In this document: in pieces, positions 9,842 to 21,491 of the stretch
Layout: each line of letters opens with the position of its first letter
Numbering within the stretch: the stretch's first letter is position 1
From: Gemmatimonadales bacterium
GTDB taxonomy: Bacteria > Gemmatimonadota > Gemmatimonadetes > Gemmatimonadales > GWC2-71-9
Length of the DNA: 64,000 nt
Assembly: GCA_965249575.1 (NCBI GenBank)
Contig: OZ252244.1
Location: 192,001-256,000 of the forward strand
Direction: 5' to 3'
The notes under the pieces: model-generated
Told to the model about the DNA's origin: nothing
Database searches by the model: none
What the model saw: the letters and a program-made list of their open reading frames with translations, nothing else
Translations under genes and position numbers: made by a program

Positions 9842-11029
9842 TCAGGCGGCCCGACGGGCAGCATCGGTGAGATCTGCAACGAGGGACGGCTCCTCCCACG
9901 TGAAGCGTCGGACCTGAATATCGTGCTCGTACGTCGTCTCGGGCGTCCGGCCGAAGTGACCGTAGGCCGCCGTTTCCCGGTAGATCGGCTTGCGGAGATC
10001 GAGAGCTCGAATGATACCAGCGGGCGTCAGGTCGAAGATATCGCGCACGGCCCGCTCCAGCGCCGGCTCCGGCAGCGAGCCGGTCCCGAATGTATCGACC
10101 ATCACCGATACGGGCTCAGCGACCCCAATCGCGTACGCAAGCTGTACCTCGCACCGGTGAGCGAGTTTCGCCGCAACGATGCTCTTCGCCACCCAGCGCG
10201 CGGCGTAGCACGCGGAGCGGTCGACCTTCGAGGGATCCTTCCCGCTGAATGCGCCCCCGCCGTGCCGCCCCGCACCACCGTAGGTGTCGACGATGATCTT
10301 CCGACCCGTGAGGCCGGCGTCACCCTGCGGACCACCTACCACGAAACGTCCGGTCGGGTTGATGAGCAGGCGCACGTCTCCAGTCTCCAGAGTGGTCTCG
10401 CGTAGCACCGGATTGATCACGAGCTCCGTTAACCCTTCGGCCAGCTCGGCCGTGGCGACGGACGGCGCGTGCTGGGTCGACAACACGACGGCGCGCACCG
10501 CCACCGGCTTGTTGTCGACGTATTCGATCGTGACCTGGCTCTTTCCATCGGGACGGAGCCATTTCAAGTCTCCACACTTGCGTGTTTTGGCGAGCCGTTG
10601 GGTCAGGCGGTGGGCGATCATGATCGGGTACGGCATCAACTCGGGAGTTTCGTCGGTTGCGTAGCCGAACATCATGCCCTGATCCCCGGCTCCGCCAGTG
10701 TCCACACCCATCGCAATGTCCGGAGACTGGGTATCGATCGACGTTAGCACCGCACATGTGTGTGCATCGAACCCGCATGCCGCGTCCGTATAGCCAATGC
10801 GCTCGACGGTCTGCCGCACGATGTCCGGGACGTGAACGTACGATTCGGTCGTGATCTCGCCCGCCACCACCGCCATGCCCGTCGTCACCAACGTCTCGCA
10901 CGCGACCCGGGCGACGGGATCCTTCGCAACGATCGCATCGAGGACTGCATCGGAAATCTGATCGGCGATCTTGTCCGGATGCCCTTCGGTAACCGATTCT
11001 GACGAGAAAATATGACGATGGGAGGCCAT
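9842..11029 (-). CDS. metK: S-adenosylmethionine synthetase
   Basis: [33 protein letters not shown]. Confidence 0.97.
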   Translation of the reverse strand: MASHRHIFSSESVTEGHPDKIADQISDAVLDAIVAKDPVARVACETLVTTGMAVVAGEITTESYVHVPDIVRQTVERIGYTDAACGFDAHTCAVLTSIDTQSPDIAMGVDTGGAGDQGMMFGYATDETPELMPYPIMIAHRLTQRLAKTRKCGDLKWLRPDGKSQVTIEYVDNKPVAVRAVVLSTQHAPSVATAELAEGLTELVINPVLRETTLETGDVRLLINPTGRFVVGGPQGDAGLTGRKIIVDTYGGAGRHGGGAFSGKDPSKVDRSACYAARWVAKSIVAAKLAHRCEVQLAYAIGVAEPVSVMVDTFGTGSLPEPALERAVRDIFDLTPAGIIRALDLRKPIYRETAAYGHFGRTPETTYEHDIQVRRFTWEEPSLVADLTDAARRAA

Positions 11030-11081
11030 GGGACTCGCTAAGTGGAGCCGACGTGAACGCGCGCGCGCGATCGTCCGGGTA

Positions 11082-12887
11082 TTACGCCTTGAAGCTAGTG
11101 ACCCGCCGACTTCGGGGCAACCGGCCGGCCTCGAGCCAGCGGAGGTCCACGCACTCGGCAATGCCCTCCTGGAGGATTCGATTCACCTCCCCGGTGGTCC
11201 CGACCGCGAGTGCATCGGCGGCCGCGCGCGTGGCGGCGTCGATGTCGATCTGGCGCAGCACCCAACGGATGAGCGGGAGCGCGGGAGGCGACACACTGAG
11301 CACGCGATACCCCAGCCCCAGCAGCAGGAACGCCGCGATGGGCTCCGACGCCATCTCGCCGCACACACTGGCCGACATGCCGGCGGCAGCGGTCGCATCG
11401 GATATTTCCTTCAGCACGCGCACCACCGCCGGGTGGAACGCGGTGAACCGGTCGGCCAGCCGTACATTGCCTCGATCGACTACCAGCATGTACTGCGTCA
11501 AATCATTGCTGCCAACGCTCACGAAGTCGCTTCGCGTGAGGAGCTGATCGGCGATGATCGCCGCAGCAGGCGTTTCGATCATCACGCCCACCGGCACGCT
11601 ACCGGCCGCTTCCTTGCCCTCGCTCGCCAGCTCGGCCGCGCACTGCTCGACGAGCTCCCGTGTGCGCTCGACCTCCTCGACGGACGTGACCAAGGGGAGC
11701 ATGAGCTTGACATCGCCAGCGACGCGAGCCTGAAGTACCGCCCGAATCTGCGTGCGAAACACCTCCGGCTCATCGAGGCATACGCGAATCGCGCGCCAGC
11801 CCAGGAACGGATTCGGTTCCGACGGCGGGCGGAATGGAGCCGGAAACTTGTCCCCGCCCAGATCGTAGCTGCGGATGATGACCGGGTGGTCCTCGAAGCG
11901 ACCCGCGACCCGCTTGAAATAGGTGGTCTGTTCTTCCTCACTGGGCAGCTCGGTGCGCCCGACGAGGAGGAATTCCGTGCGTAGCAGTCCCACGCCTTCG
12001 GCCGCGTGCAGGACCGCCTGCTCCAGTTCTTCCGGCACGTCGACGTTTCCCTGGAGCGACACTCTCTCGCCGTCAACGGTGACCGCGGGGCGGCCGAGAT
12101 TCTTGTTTAGCTCGCGCACGAGCGCACGCCGGCGGCGGTCCTGCACCTTCGCTTCTTTCACGTCCGCTTTCGTGGGATCGAGACGCACGGTACCGTGCGT
12201 TCCGTCGACGATGATCTCGACGCCCGCACGGATCTGCTGGAGCCCACCACCCAACCCCATGACGCATGGGATTCCAAGACTGTGGGCCAGGATGGCCGCG
12301 TGAGACGTCCGGGTACCGGCTTCGCTGACGAAGCCGGCCACGAGATCCGGCTCGAACTGAACGGTCAGTCCGGGAGTGAGCTCGCGCGTGAACACGATGG
12401 CAGGTCGGCCGGCGGCGGTTTCGAAGCCCTCGACCAGCGGCTCGCCCACCAGCTCGTGCAGCACCCGTACCTGGACTCCAAACAGGTCGGCGCGGCGCTC
12501 CCTGAGCAGCGAACTCGACGACTGGGACCACAGCGCCCGAAGCTCGAGTGCTTTGAACTCGAAAGCCTGCGCCGCCGAGAGTTGGTTTGCGCGGATCAGG
12601 CGCTCGACGCCACCGAGGAAGTCGACGTCCTCGAGCATCAGGATCTGAGCGTCGAAGATCTTCGATTCGGCGGGGCCGACGCGGTCGACCGCTCGGGCGC
12701 GGAGCTCTTCCAGGCCGGTCCGCACCGATTCGACAGCCGATCGCAGCCGAACGATTTCGCCTTCGACATCCTCCGGCGCGACCGCGCTCGCCGGGACGTT
12801 GGGGAGGGCCCAGTGGAGCACGAGCGCCGGACCGATCGCTATGCCCGGAGACACTCCGATCCCCGTCAGGACCCGGCTGTCAGGCAT
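11082..12887 (-). CDS. ptsI: PTS enzyme I
   Basis: [40 protein letters not shown]. Confidence 0.95.
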   Translation of the reverse strand: MPDSRVLTGIGVSPGIAIGPALVLHWALPNVPASAVAPEDVEGEIVRLRSAVESVRTGLEELRARAVDRVGPAESKIFDAQILMLEDVDFLGGVERLIRANQLSAAQAFEFKALELRALWSQSSSSLLRERRADLFGVQVRVLHELVGEPLVEGFETAAGRPAIVFTRELTPGLTVQFEPDLVAGFVSEAGTRTSHAAILAHSLGIPCVMGLGGGLQQIRAGVEIIVDGTHGTVRLDPTKADVKEAKVQDRRRRALVRELNKNLGRPAVTVDGERVSLQGNVDVPEELEQAVLHAAEGVGLLRTEFLLVGRTELPSEEEQTTYFKRVAGRFEDHPVIIRSYDLGGDKFPAPFRPPSEPNPFLGWRAIRVCLDEPEVFRTQIRAVLQARVAGDVKLMLPLVTSVEEVERTRELVEQCAAELASEGKEAAGSVPVGVMIETPAAAIIADQLLTRSDFVSVGSNDLTQYMLVVDRGNVRLADRFTAFHPAVVRVLKEISDATAAAGMSASVCGEMASEPIAAFLLLGLGYRVLSVSPPALPLIRWVLRQIDIDAATRAAADALAVGTTGEVNRILQEGIAECVDLRWLEAGRLPRSRRVTSFKA

Positions 12888-13170
12888 CCTTCGGGTCCTC
12901 CACGTCGCCGAAGCCGCTCATGACGAGCTCGGACAGCGCGAGAGCGGCCTTCTCTGCATCCTCGCCCTCGACCCGGAGCGTCAACTGGCTCCCGCACTCC
13001 GCGGCGAGCGTCATGACGCCCAGAATGCTCTTGCCGTTCACTTGCTGCTCATCCTTCGCAACGAGTACCTCCGATTCGAACGCCGCCGCAAGCTTCACGA
13101 ACTCGGCCGCCGGCCGCGCGTGCAGTCCGAGCGGATTCACAATTTGGACCTTCCGCTCGATCAGGGCCAC
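12880..13170 (-). CDS. ptsH: Phosphocarrier protein HPr
   Basis: GLHARPAA, NGKSILGVMTL. Confidence 0.93.
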   Translation of the reverse strand: MALIERKVQIVNPLGLHARPAAEFVKLAAAFESEVLVAKDEQQVNGKSILGVMTLAAECGSQLTLRVEGEDAEKAALALSELVMSGFGDVEDPKDA

Positions 13171-13898
13171 AACCACCCCGCAAGCAGGGCTACGCCAACG
13201 AGTGACAGCCCGAACCGGAGCGCGCCAAGCGTCGGCGCAATCCACCGGCCGATCGCGAAGCCGAGGAGCAGGATGAGCAGGACGCCCACCCGCGCCTCCG
13301 CGGCAAACTCGACGGTCAGCCACGCGCCGACCAGGGGGAGCGCGAATCCGACAGCCAGTCCTGGAAGTGGCTTGGCCAGCTCGAGCGCTCGCTTTACCAG
13401 CGGGCCTCGAAGCACTTGCGCCGCCGTCGTTACACCGCGCCATCCAGACCGAAGGCCCCAGCTCCGCAGCGTGAGGTGGACCGCGTTATACAGGATCAGG
13501 AATACCACCGCTGCCACCGGCCACGGGGTTACGGTGACCAGTGCTAGGCCGATTCCCGATGCGACCGGGAGCGCGCCAGCCCACACCAGGCGGTCGCCAA
13601 CCGAACCGAGTGGACCGGATAGTGCGAGTTTGAATCGCTCGATGTCAGCGGCGGGCACGCCGTCGTGCTCCGCACGGGCAACCGCCCCAATGGCGAACCC
13701 CGCCAGGTAGGGATGCGCGTTGAAAAAGCCGGCGGCGCGCTTCAACGCATCGTGGTACCTGTCCCCGGGAGAATCGTCGAGCGAGCGTAGCAGGGGTTCG
13801 ATCACAAACGCGGCGCCGATGCCCTGCATGCGGTCGTAGTTCCACGACCCCTGAATGGAGAACAACCGGAACCATGCGTTCAGCATTCCCTTCGTCAC
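13161..13898 (-). CDS. PTS mannose/fructose/sorbose family IID component
   Basis: QGSWNYDRMQGIG, FFNAHPY, GPLGSVGDRLVW. Confidence 0.9.
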   Translation of the reverse strand: MTKGMLNAWFRLFSIQGSWNYDRMQGIGAAFVIEPLLRSLDDSPGDRYHDALKRAAGFFNAHPYLAGFAIGAVARAEHDGVPAADIERFKLALSGPLGSVGDRLVWAGALPVASGIGLALVTVTPWPVAAVVFLILYNAVHLTLRSWGLRSGWRGVTTAAQVLRGPLVKRALELAKPLPGLAVGFALPLVGAWLTVEFAAEARVGVLLILLLGFAIGRWIAPTLGALRFGLSLVGVALLAGWLWP

Positions 13899-14560
13899 GT
13901 CAGCACCAACCATCCGGTGCCGGCTAGGATCCCAATCCCGAACCATCGGAGGTCGAGACCTCGCCCGGCGAGCCGCAGCACACCGACCGTGCCCGCGGAG
14001 AGCGCCGCCCCGATAGTGACGGCCGTGAGGAGGACCGACCCCCGAAGACCGACCGGCGGCCACGCCCGCACCAACATGGCGAGCGACAACCCGAGGCCGG
14101 TGAGCAACGCGGCCCGACCGGCGTCCCACGTGATCCCGCGTAGATGCACTGCGGTCACCGCATTCGCCTGGCCTGCGTCGAGCCTTGCCTCAAAGCGGCG
14201 CACGTTGTCGGAATTGCGCCTCCTTACATATGCCAACGCGTGTTCTCCCGCGTAGGCAGTCACCAACCCGATCGCCACGGCAACGCCGTATCCCAGCACG
14301 CCAGGCGCCCCAGCCGCTGCCGCCGTTGCGGCCACGGTAGCGGGCCCGTAGTCGGGATACCGGGCCGCGCCGACCGGCAGGACGTCCAGGGCGAACAGCT
14401 CCAGGATGGCGCCAACGACCATGCCGGCCATGGGATCGCCAGCGATGCCCCCGGCAATCGTCCCGGCGACGAGTGGGCGGGCGATCATCATCTGAGGCAT
14501 GCTCACCAGATCGAGCCCGACGATCGTGCCCCAGGCCAGCAACCCGAGCATCGTGCCCAC
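13895..14560 (-). CDS. PTS mannose family IIC component
   Basis: RPLVAGTIAG...GAILEL...GAARYPD; hydrophobic. Confidence 0.85.
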   Translation of the reverse strand: MGTMLGLLAWGTIVGLDLVSMPQMMIARPLVAGTIAGGIAGDPMAGMVVGAILELFALDVLPVGAARYPDYGPATVAATAAAAGAPGVLGYGVAVAIGLVTAYAGEHALAYVRRRNSDNVRRFEARLDAGQANAVTAVHLRGITWDAGRAALLTGLGLSLAMLVRAWPPVGLRGSVLLTAVTIGAALSAGTVGVLRLAGRGLDLRWFGIGILAGTGWLVLT

Positions 14561-14618
14561 TATCCGCGACCCTCAGCCACGGACGCCGGCCCAGCGAGTG
14601 AGCGGGTCGCGCGAACCA

Positions 14619-15092
14619 TTACGTCAACTCCGGGAGCGGCACGGGGCGGGCCGTGGGTACATCTTGGGCATACACGTCCACTCCCCTCTCCGTCAGTTGA
14701 CGCAGCCTCTCCACTTCTTCATCTGAGGCGAACACATAGGACTTGCGCTGCACCCGGCCCGGGCGGTGATGGATGCCGCCGATGTTCACCTTCTTGATGT
14801 CGGGTCTTGCCTCACACAACCGGACCATGGTATCCACGTCTCCAGCGAGGAGAATTACCCGCCGGTCGGACGCGATCCATTTGGGCACCTTCACGATCGC
14901 TTCGTCCAGCGATGCGAACTCGATGTCCATTCCCGGCGGGACTCCCATCGTGTACACTTCCCGCTCCCATTCACTCGCCCGCACCAGGTCGTCCACCAGC
15001 ACGATGAGGTTGGCCCCGAGCGCCTGTCCCCATCCTACGACGACCTGCCCGTGCACCAAGCGGTCGTCGAGCCGTACCAGGCTCAGACTCAC
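14619..15092 (-). CDS. PTS mannose family IIB component
   Basis: RLDDRLVHGQVVVGW. Confidence 0.93.
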   Translation of the reverse strand: MSLSLVRLDDRLVHGQVVVGWGQALGANLIVLVDDLVRASEWEREVYTMGVPPGMDIEFASLDEAIVKVPKWIASDRRVILLAGDVDTMVRLCEARPDIKKVNIGGIHHRPGRVQRKSYVFASDEEVERLRQLTERGVDVYAQDVPTARPVPLPELT

Positions 15093-15469
15093 GCCGTGAG
15101 TACCTTGAGCGCCCGACCCCCCGCCTCGTACGCCCGTGTCGCCGCCTCCGCGGGAGTGGCATCACGGTGATAGACGAAGTCCACCAACATGGCTAGGCTC
15201 ACTCCCGAGACGACCGCGATGCCGCTGTCGTCATGCATGCACTTGGCAGCCGCGTGCAAGCAGCTCCCACCCGGGAGATCGACAAAGACCACTGCAGGCC
15301 TCGACCCGACTGCTGCCTTGACGCGCTCACCCAGCGTCTCGCTCGAGCAGGCGTCGTTGCTCACCGCTACGAGACCGTGATCGTCGCCCACGATTTGCCG
15401 GACGGCCTCGACCAACGCCTCCGCGAGGGTCGCATGCGAGACGACGACGCCTCGCAACGGGTCACTCAT
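15089..15469 (-). CDS. PTS mannose family IIA component
   Basis: VVVSH, FVDLPGGSC. Confidence 0.88.
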   Translation of the reverse strand: MSDPLRGVVVSHATLAEALVEAVRQIVGDDHGLVAVSNDACSSETLGERVKAAVGSRPAVVFVDLPGGSCLHAAAKCMHDDSGIAVVSGVSLAMLVDFVYHRDATPAEAATRAYEAGGRALKVLTA

Positions 15470-16430
15470 AGTCCTCTGACAGATACTCTCGCAGCTTTCG
15501 CTGCTCGGCCATCTGATTGATCAGTCGCTCGTTGAGAGTTTGCGCCGCGTCCACTCCAGAGTAGCGGAGTAGATGGTTCATCGCGGCAACTTCCGAGATC
15601 ACGGTGATGTTCTTCCCGGGATTCAGCGGGACAACCACGTGCGGGAGCTCGACGTTGAGTATCGATTGCGTCCTGAAGTCCAAGCCGGTCCGGTCGACTT
15701 CAACGGCACTGTCCCAATCAGTCAGCTCCATAACCACCTCGATCCGCTTCTGCTGCCGAACGGCCCGAATCCCGAACAGGGCCGAGATGTCGACAAGTCC
15801 CACGCCGCGAATCTCCATGTAGCGCGTGGCGAGATCGTGCGGCCTCCCGATCAGAACATCCGCGCCGCGGCGAGTGATGTGTACCACGTCGTCGGCGACC
15901 AGCCGGTGTCCACGCTCCACCAGGTCCAGCACGCACTCGCTCTTACCGATTCCCGAACGTCCCATGAACAGCAGACCCACTCCGTAGACGTCGGCGAGGG
16001 AGCCGTGCACAGTCGTGCTCGGCGCGAAGTACTCCGAGAGAAATGGCGTGATCCGGCGGTAGAACTCCGATGTCTTGAGCCGTGACCGAATGATCGGGAG
16101 CCCGCGTTGGTGAGCGAGCTCCAGCAACTCGGCGGGCACGTCCTGGCTCTTGCTCACGAACAGGCAGGGCAGATCGTAGTCCATGAGCGTTTCGAGCGAC
16201 ACGCGACGCGCCTTCTTGCTCAGGGACTCGAGGTAGGCGATCTCCGTTTCGCCGAGCACGTGGAGGCGTTTGCTCGAGAAGCGCGCGGTGAATCCCGCCA
16301 AGACCAGTCCCGGACTCGAGATCTCCGGCACGGTAATCGGACGGTCGAGCCCCAACTCCCCGGTCAGGACGTCGAGTTGCAGGGACTCGCCCCGCTGAGC
16401 CACCAACTCTCCTACCGTGAGCTTGGACAT
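15462..16430 (-). CDS. hprK: HPr kinase/phosphorylase
   Basis: GRSGIGKSECVLDLVERGHRLVADD, EIRGVG. Confidence 0.95.
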   Translation of the reverse strand: MSKLTVGELVAQRGESLQLDVLTGELGLDRPITVPEISSPGLVLAGFTARFSSKRLHVLGETEIAYLESLSKKARRVSLETLMDYDLPCLFVSKSQDVPAELLELAHQRGLPIIRSRLKTSEFYRRITPFLSEYFAPSTTVHGSLADVYGVGLLFMGRSGIGKSECVLDLVERGHRLVADDVVHITRRGADVLIGRPHDLATRYMEIRGVGLVDISALFGIRAVRQQKRIEVVMELTDWDSAVEVDRTGLDFRTQSILNVELPHVVVPLNPGKNITVISEVAAMNHLLRYSGVDAAQTLNERLINQMAEQRKLREYLSEDYE

Positions 16431-16432
16431 GT

Positions 16433-17584
16433 TCAGCGTTCCTGGAGTGAAGCGATTGCCGGGACGTCGCCAAGGGCGCCAGTGACGGTCTCCTGCAGGT
16501 GCCGTTTGGTCTCCGCCGCGGCCCGGTCCCACGAGAGACCCTCGGCGAACGAACGCGCAGCGCGACCCAGCTCACCGACGCGCTGTGGCTCGGCGGCAAG
16601 TCGGGTGAAGACCCGCGCGAGGGCCTCGTGGTCGCCGTACGGCACCAGATATCCGGTCTTCTCGTGCAACACGGACTCCCTGAGCCCCGGCCGGTCGGCG
16701 GCGATGGCAGGGGTGCCACATGCCGCTGCCTCCACGTTCGTTATTCCCCAGCCCTCTTTGACGGACGGCAGCACGACCGCCCACGCGCGACGCAGCAGTC
16801 GCAATTTTTCCTCTTCGCTGATGAACCCGAGAAACCGGACGGCGGCACCCAAATCCAGCCTGGCCGCCAGGCGCTCCAACCGCGAGCGATCGTCACCCTC
16901 GCCGGCGATGTCGAGCGAGATCTCCAGCCCCCCCTGCCGCGCGCCCGCGATCGCCCGCAACGCGACATCGATTCCTTTATATCGTTTCAGGCGTCCAACA
17001 TACAGAAACGTTGGCTGGCTCGCCCGCTCAGTGCCTGGACTCGGAGCAAACCGCAGGGTGTCGACGCCGGGGAAGATGACCCGGACCGCGTCAGACCGCA
17101 CTCCCCGTTTCACGAGGTCATCCCGGGTGCTCCTGCTGATCGCGTGAAACGCCGCGCGCCGGTACGCGCCCGGAATCGCCCGCTCGGCCAGCCACACGGC
17201 CGTCGCAATGGGAAACACGGCCTCGTGAAACGCCGCAGCGCCGAATAGGTGCGGGACGATCACGTACAAAGGGAGGTCGGTGACGCTCGCGAGGAACAAG
17301 GGCAGCTTGTTGATGTCCTCCACCACAACATCGTACGGCTGATCCCGGAGCGCTGCGCGCACGGCTCCCCTGCCCCGAAGGGCAAATGTGTGACGGCCAC
17401 CATATCGCAACACGCGGATTCCATCGATGGTCGCCGCCGACTCGGCATCGTCCCACCCGGACGTGACCAGCGTGACACCCGCACCGTCGCGCACGAGGCG
17501 CCGAAAGATCTCGAAAAAGTGCACTTCGGCCCCGCCCGCCTGCGGGTTCTCGGTGTCGAGCCAGTTGACGGCGAGAATCCTCAC
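16433..17584 (-). CDS. Glycosyltransferase family 4
   Basis: NPQAGGAEVH, VGRLKRYKG, EGWGITNVEAAACGTP. Confidence 0.9.
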   Translation of the reverse strand: MRILAVNWLDTENPQAGGAEVHFFEIFRRLVRDGAGVTLVTSGWDDAESAATIDGIRVLRYGGRHTFALRGRGAVRAALRDQPYDVVVEDINKLPLFLASVTDLPLYVIVPHLFGAAAFHEAVFPIATAVWLAERAIPGAYRRAAFHAISRSTRDDLVKRGVRSDAVRVIFPGVDTLRFAPSPGTERASQPTFLYVGRLKRYKGIDVALRAIAGARQGGLEISLDIAGEGDDRSRLERLAARLDLGAAVRFLGFISEEEKLRLLRRAWAVVLPSVKEGWGITNVEAAACGTPAIAADRPGLRESVLHEKTGYLVPYGDHEALARVFTRLAAEPQRVGELGRAARSFAEGLSWDRAAAETKRHLQETVTGALGDVPAIASLQER

Positions 17585-17991
17585 AGCCGGCCCAGCCGGT
17601 GCCCAACCGCGTCGAGCACGCCGTTGACGAAGGCCGGGGCTTTGGAGCCCGCGAACCACTGCGCCAGCCGCACTGCCTCGTCGATGACCACGGCGGGTGG
17701 GGCCTCGCCATGGTGCAGCTCGTGCGTCGCGAGCCTCAGGATGTTGCGCTCGACCGTACCAATCCGTGCGAGCCGCCAGTGCTCGGCCTCCGCCCCGATC
17801 TCCTCATCCAACCGGTCCGCCGTGGTCGCAATCTCGGCGGCCAACGCCTCACCCCGGCGGCTCACCTCGCCCCGCGCACCCCAGTGGCGGAAGCCCGCCG
17901 CCACGATCTCAAGCGGCGGGCGGCCCTGAAGCTCCCACGCATAGAGCAGCTGGATGGCGAACGCCCGAGCCTTGGTTTCAAGTCTCAGCAC
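17581..17991 (-). CDS. nusB: Transcription antitermination factor NusB
   Basis: ERNILRLA, VVIDEAVRLA, FVNGVLD. Confidence 0.93.
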   Translation of the reverse strand: MLRLETKARAFAIQLLYAWELQGRPPLEIVAAGFRHWGARGEVSRRGEALAAEIATTADRLDEEIGAEAEHWRLARIGTVERNILRLATHELHHGEAPPAVVIDEAVRLAQWFAGSKAPAFVNGVLDAVGHRLGRL

Positions 17992-18457
17992 GCCCCTCCA
18001 GCGCGCGGAGCTCGCGGGCAGTCTCGAGCGCCGCCTGGGCCGCGTCCCAACCTTTGTTTCCCGCGGCCCCACCGGCACGGGCGACAGCCTGTTCCATCGT
18101 ATCGCAGGTCAGTAGTCCGAATCCAACCGGGACGGCGAGCCGCAGCGCCACCTCCCCCAAGCCGCGCGTCGCCTCGGCAGCGATGACATCGAAGTGAGGC
18201 GTCTCGCCTCGGATCACGGCGCCCAGTGCGACAGCGGTGGTATACCGCTCGGTCGACAGCGCGCGCTGTACCGCGACCGGCAGCTCGAAGGCGCCGGGGA
18301 CCCAAATTACGTCCACCTGTTCGTCCCTCAAGCCACCCTCGTGAAGTGCCCGGCGAGCACCGTCGAGGAGCCGTTGCGTGACGCGTTCGTTGAAACGGGC
18401 GACAACGACCACCGCTCGTTCGACGCCGGTCCCGTCGTTCCGCGGTTGGGCGTTCAT
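17978..18457 (-). CDS. ribH: 6,7-dimethyl-8-ribityllumazine synthase
   Basis: VPGAFELP, IRGETPHFD, GNKG. Confidence 0.95.
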   Translation of the reverse strand: MNAQPRNDGTGVERAVVVVARFNERVTQRLLDGARRALHEGGLRDEQVDVIWVPGAFELPVAVQRALSTERYTTAVALGAVIRGETPHFDVIAAEATRGLGEVALRLAVPVGFGLLTCDTMEQAVARAGGAAGNKGWDAAQAALETARELRALEGRAET

Positions 18458-19663
18458 CTAGTCGGCCAGGAGATGTCCGAGCTTGTCTCGCTTGACGTCC
18501 AGGTAGGCCCGGTTCTCGTCCGTGGGATCGGACTGGATCGGCTCGCGAGAGACCATCTCGATGCCGTACCCCTCGAGACCGACCAGCTTGCGGGGATTGT
18601 TGGTGAGCACGCGAATGGAGCGAAGGCCTAAGTCCATGAGAATCTGGGCGCCGATTCCGTAGTTCCTCAGATCCGGCGGAAAGCCGAGCCGCTGGTTCGC
18701 CTCGACGGTGTCGTGACCGGCATCCTGGAGCTCGTATGCCTTGAGCTTGTTCAAGAGCCCGATGCCCCGTCCCTCTTGATCCAGATAGACCACGACGCCG
18801 GCTCCCGCGTTGGCAATCATTCGCATGGCGCTGTGGAGCTGCCAGCCACAATCACAGCGGTGGGAGGCGAACACATCGCCGGTCAGGCATTTCGAGTGCA
18901 TGCGGACCAGGACGCCGTCCTGGTCCGCAACCTCGCCGAACACCAGCGCGACGTGCTCGGCGTCGTCGACATCGTTGCTGTAGCCGACGACCTTGAACTG
19001 GCCGAACGGGGTCGGTAAACGGGCCTCGGCGACGCGGTGGACGAGTCGTTCGGTCTGGAGGCGGTGGGCGACGAGCTGTGCAACCGTCACGAAGGTCAAT
19101 CCGTGTCGCTCCGCGAACGCCTCGAGGGCTGGGCGACGCATCATGGTGCCGTCGTCCGCCAGGATCTCGCAGATCACTCCGGCCGGATAGAGTCCGGCCA
19201 GCCGCGCGAGGTCGATGCTCGCCTCAGTCTGTCCCACCCGCTGGAGCACGCCACCCGGCCGCGCCCTGAGCGGGAACACGTGTCCCGGCCGTCTCAAATC
19301 GCCGGGAACGGCGGACGGGTCAATGGCCACCTGAACCGTCTTCGCCCGGTCGGCGGCCGATATCCCCGTGGTCACGCCAAAGCGCTTGGCAGCATCGACG
19401 CTGACGGTGAAGGCAGTTTCGTGGGCCTCGGAGTTCTCCTCGGCCATCTGGGCGAGCCCCAGAGCCTGGCAGCGCTCGGGGGTGAGGGTCAAGCAGATGA
19501 GCCCGCGGCCGTGTGTCGCCATGAAGTTGATTTTTTCGGACGTGACCACCTCCGCCGCGCAAACGAGGTCACCCTCGTTCTCACGGTCCTCGTCGTCGGC
19601 GACGATCACGAGCTTGCCGGCCCGGATGTCTTCGATCGCCTTGGTTATCGTACCGAACGACAT
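18458..19663 (-). CDS. ribBA: Bifunctional DHBP synthase / GTP cyclohydrolase II
   Basis: [31 protein letters not shown]. Confidence 0.95.
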   Translation of the reverse strand: MSFGTITKAIEDIRAGKLVIVADDEDRENEGDLVCAAEVVTSEKINFMATHGRGLICLTLTPERCQALGLAQMAEENSEAHETAFTVSVDAAKRFGVTTGISAADRAKTVQVAIDPSAVPGDLRRPGHVFPLRARPGGVLQRVGQTEASIDLARLAGLYPAGVICEILADDGTMMRRPALEAFAERHGLTFVTVAQLVAHRLQTERLVHRVAEARLPTPFGQFKVVGYSNDVDDAEHVALVFGEVADQDGVLVRMHSKCLTGDVFASHRCDCGWQLHSAMRMIANAGAGVVVYLDQEGRGIGLLNKLKAYELQDAGHDTVEANQRLGFPPDLRNYGIGAQILMDLGLRSIRVLTNNPRKLVGLEGYGIEMVSREPIQSDPTDENRAYLDVKRDKLGHLLAD

Positions 19664-19684
19664 ATCGCCTCCTTGACCGGCCAC

Positions 19685-20272
19685 CTAGTGTCTCGCCTCC
19701 AGCAGCTGGCGGACGTACTTGCCGATCAGGTCGCCTTCTACGTTCACACGGTCACCAGGTTGCAGCGTCCCCAGCGTGGTGTGGTCCCTCGTATACGGTA
19801 TTAATGATACCTGAACCCGTCCACGTTGTGGTACGGTGCTCACGGTCAAGCTCACGCCGTTGACGGTCAGCGAGCCCTGTGGCACCGTGACCGCCGCCAC
19901 CTCGCCGGGCAACTCGAATTCGACGATCAGGGCATCCCCGTCGGGTCGCACCGACGTAACCTCTGCGAGCCCGTCCACGTGTCCCTGGACCAGGTGCCCA
20001 CCAAGCCGGTCTCCGACGGCGAGCGCGCGCTCCACGTTCACCCGGTCATTGGGCTCTACATCTGCAAGCCGCGTGCGAGCACGAGTAGCCGCCACCGCCT
20101 GCACCGCAAACCATCCCGAACCGGTGTCCACGACCGTGAGGCACGCCCCGTCCACCGCCACGCTCTCGCCCAGCTCGAGGTCCCCAAACGGCGCCTCGAC
20201 CGTGATTCTCAGCTCCTCTTCAGAGCGGTCGACTTGGGTGACCGATCCGCAGATCACGATGCCGGTAAACAT
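19685..20272 (-). CDS. ribE: Riboflavin synthase alpha chain
   Basis: MFTGIV, GESVAVDGACLTV, RLGGHLVQGHVD. Confidence 0.95.
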   Translation of the reverse strand: MFTGIVICGSVTQVDRSEEELRITVEAPFGDLELGESVAVDGACLTVVDTGSGWFAVQAVAATRARTRLADVEPNDRVNVERALAVGDRLGGHLVQGHVDGLAEVTSVRPDGDALIVEFELPGEVAAVTVPQGSLTVNGVSLTVSTVPQRGRVQVSLIPYTRDHTTLGTLQPGDRVNVEGDLIGKYVRQLLEARH

Positions 20273-21336
20273 AGCTCACGATCCAGGACCAATAAGGTGT
20301 CTCGGTCGATTCCACGCCGCTCCGTCACGATCCACGGGACGACCTCCGCGAGCGGGGTCGCAGGCGACTCCCCGAACGCGCGCGTGCCGGATCCGAGCCA
20401 GATGGGCGCCTGAACCCAGTAGAGGCGGTCCACCAGCCCGTCTGCCAAGAGCGCGGTGCCAAGGTTCCCTCCACCCTCCACGAGGACCGAGCGAATGCCT
20501 TCGTTCCACAGGGCCTCGAGCGCTCCGGCACGCCCTTCCGCCGCAAGGACACGCACGGACGTGCCAGTGAGCGATTCCTCGAGCCGCCGTTGCCACGCGC
20601 TCTCCGTCACGACGACGGTCGGGACCTCACCGGCGGTGCGGACGATCCCGAGGTTGGTGCGCAAGGGACCGCGACTGAAAACCACACGAGTGGGCGGCAC
20701 GCGGGGCGCCAGCGGCCCCCGAGCGGTCAGCATGGGATCGTCCCCCTCGGCGGTGCGGCGGCCCACCGCAATCGCGTCGAATCCCGCGCGGAGCCAGTGG
20801 ACCCAGTCACGGGCACCGGGACCCGAGATCCACTTGGCAGAGCCATGCGCGTCGGCCAGGTAGCCGTCGAGCGAGGTCGCGACCTTCAGCGCGACGAACG
20901 GCCGACTCCGGCGATGCGTCCAGAGGAAGGGGGCGTTGAGCGCGGCGGCCTCGGCTGCGTGCAGCCCGATCTCGACCTCGATCCCCGCCTCGCGAAGCCG
21001 CTCCGCTCCACCACCGCCATTGTGGCTCGGATCTAGGATCCCGATGATCACCCGTTTCACCATGGATTCGATCAGCGCGTCGACACATGGCGGGGTCTTC
21101 CCCTGATGCCCGCAGGGCTCGAGGTTCACGACGCACGTTGCTCCACCCAGGTCGTCCGCGCTTTCGAGGGCCGAGATCTCGGCGTGCGGTCCGCCAAACT
21201 CCGCATGGTAGCCCTCACCGACCACGTTGCCGTCGCGAAGCAACACGGCGCCGACGAGCGGATTCGGCACAACACGGCCCCACCCCTTTAGGGCGAGATG
21301 AAGCGCGCGGTGCATGGCTTCGTGCTCGGTCGTCAC
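20254..21336 (-). CDS. ribD: Riboflavin biosynthesis deaminase/reductase
   Basis: PNPLVGAV, HAE, LEPC..GKTPPC, VEGG. Confidence 0.95.
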   Translation of the reverse strand: MTTEHEAMHRALHLALKGWGRVVPNPLVGAVLLRDGNVVGEGYHAEFGGPHAEISALESADDLGGATCVVNLEPCGHQGKTPPCVDALIESMVKRVIIGILDPSHNGGGGAERLREAGIEVEIGLHAAEAAALNAPFLWTHRRSRPFVALKVATSLDGYLADAHGSAKWISGPGARDWVHWLRAGFDAIAVGRRTAEGDDPMLTARGPLAPRVPPTRVVFSRGPLRTNLGIVRTAGEVPTVVVTESAWQRRLEESLTGTSVRVLAAEGRAGALEALWNEGIRSVLVEGGGNLGTALLADGLVDRLYWVQAPIWLGSGTRAFGESPATPLAEVVPWIVTERRGIDRDTLLVLDRELCLPAS

Positions 21337-21491
21337 ACCTGCTCCATCTGCTGCGCCAGCTCGCTTGGAAAGAGACTCCCACATCCGACCATCGCTCCCC
21401 GCGTCCGGGCCAAACACGCCGGCGACCTCGACCATTGAACACCACATCCGAGCCTTCCTGCTCACTGCTTACTGCTCACCTAGTTTGCTTC

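Noticed and set aside
11030..11081. SAM riboswitch upstream of metK
   Set aside because: About 50 nt gap with no recognisable aptamer.
21337..21491. FMN riboswitch upstream of ribD
   Set aside because: Conserved RFN segments are not present.
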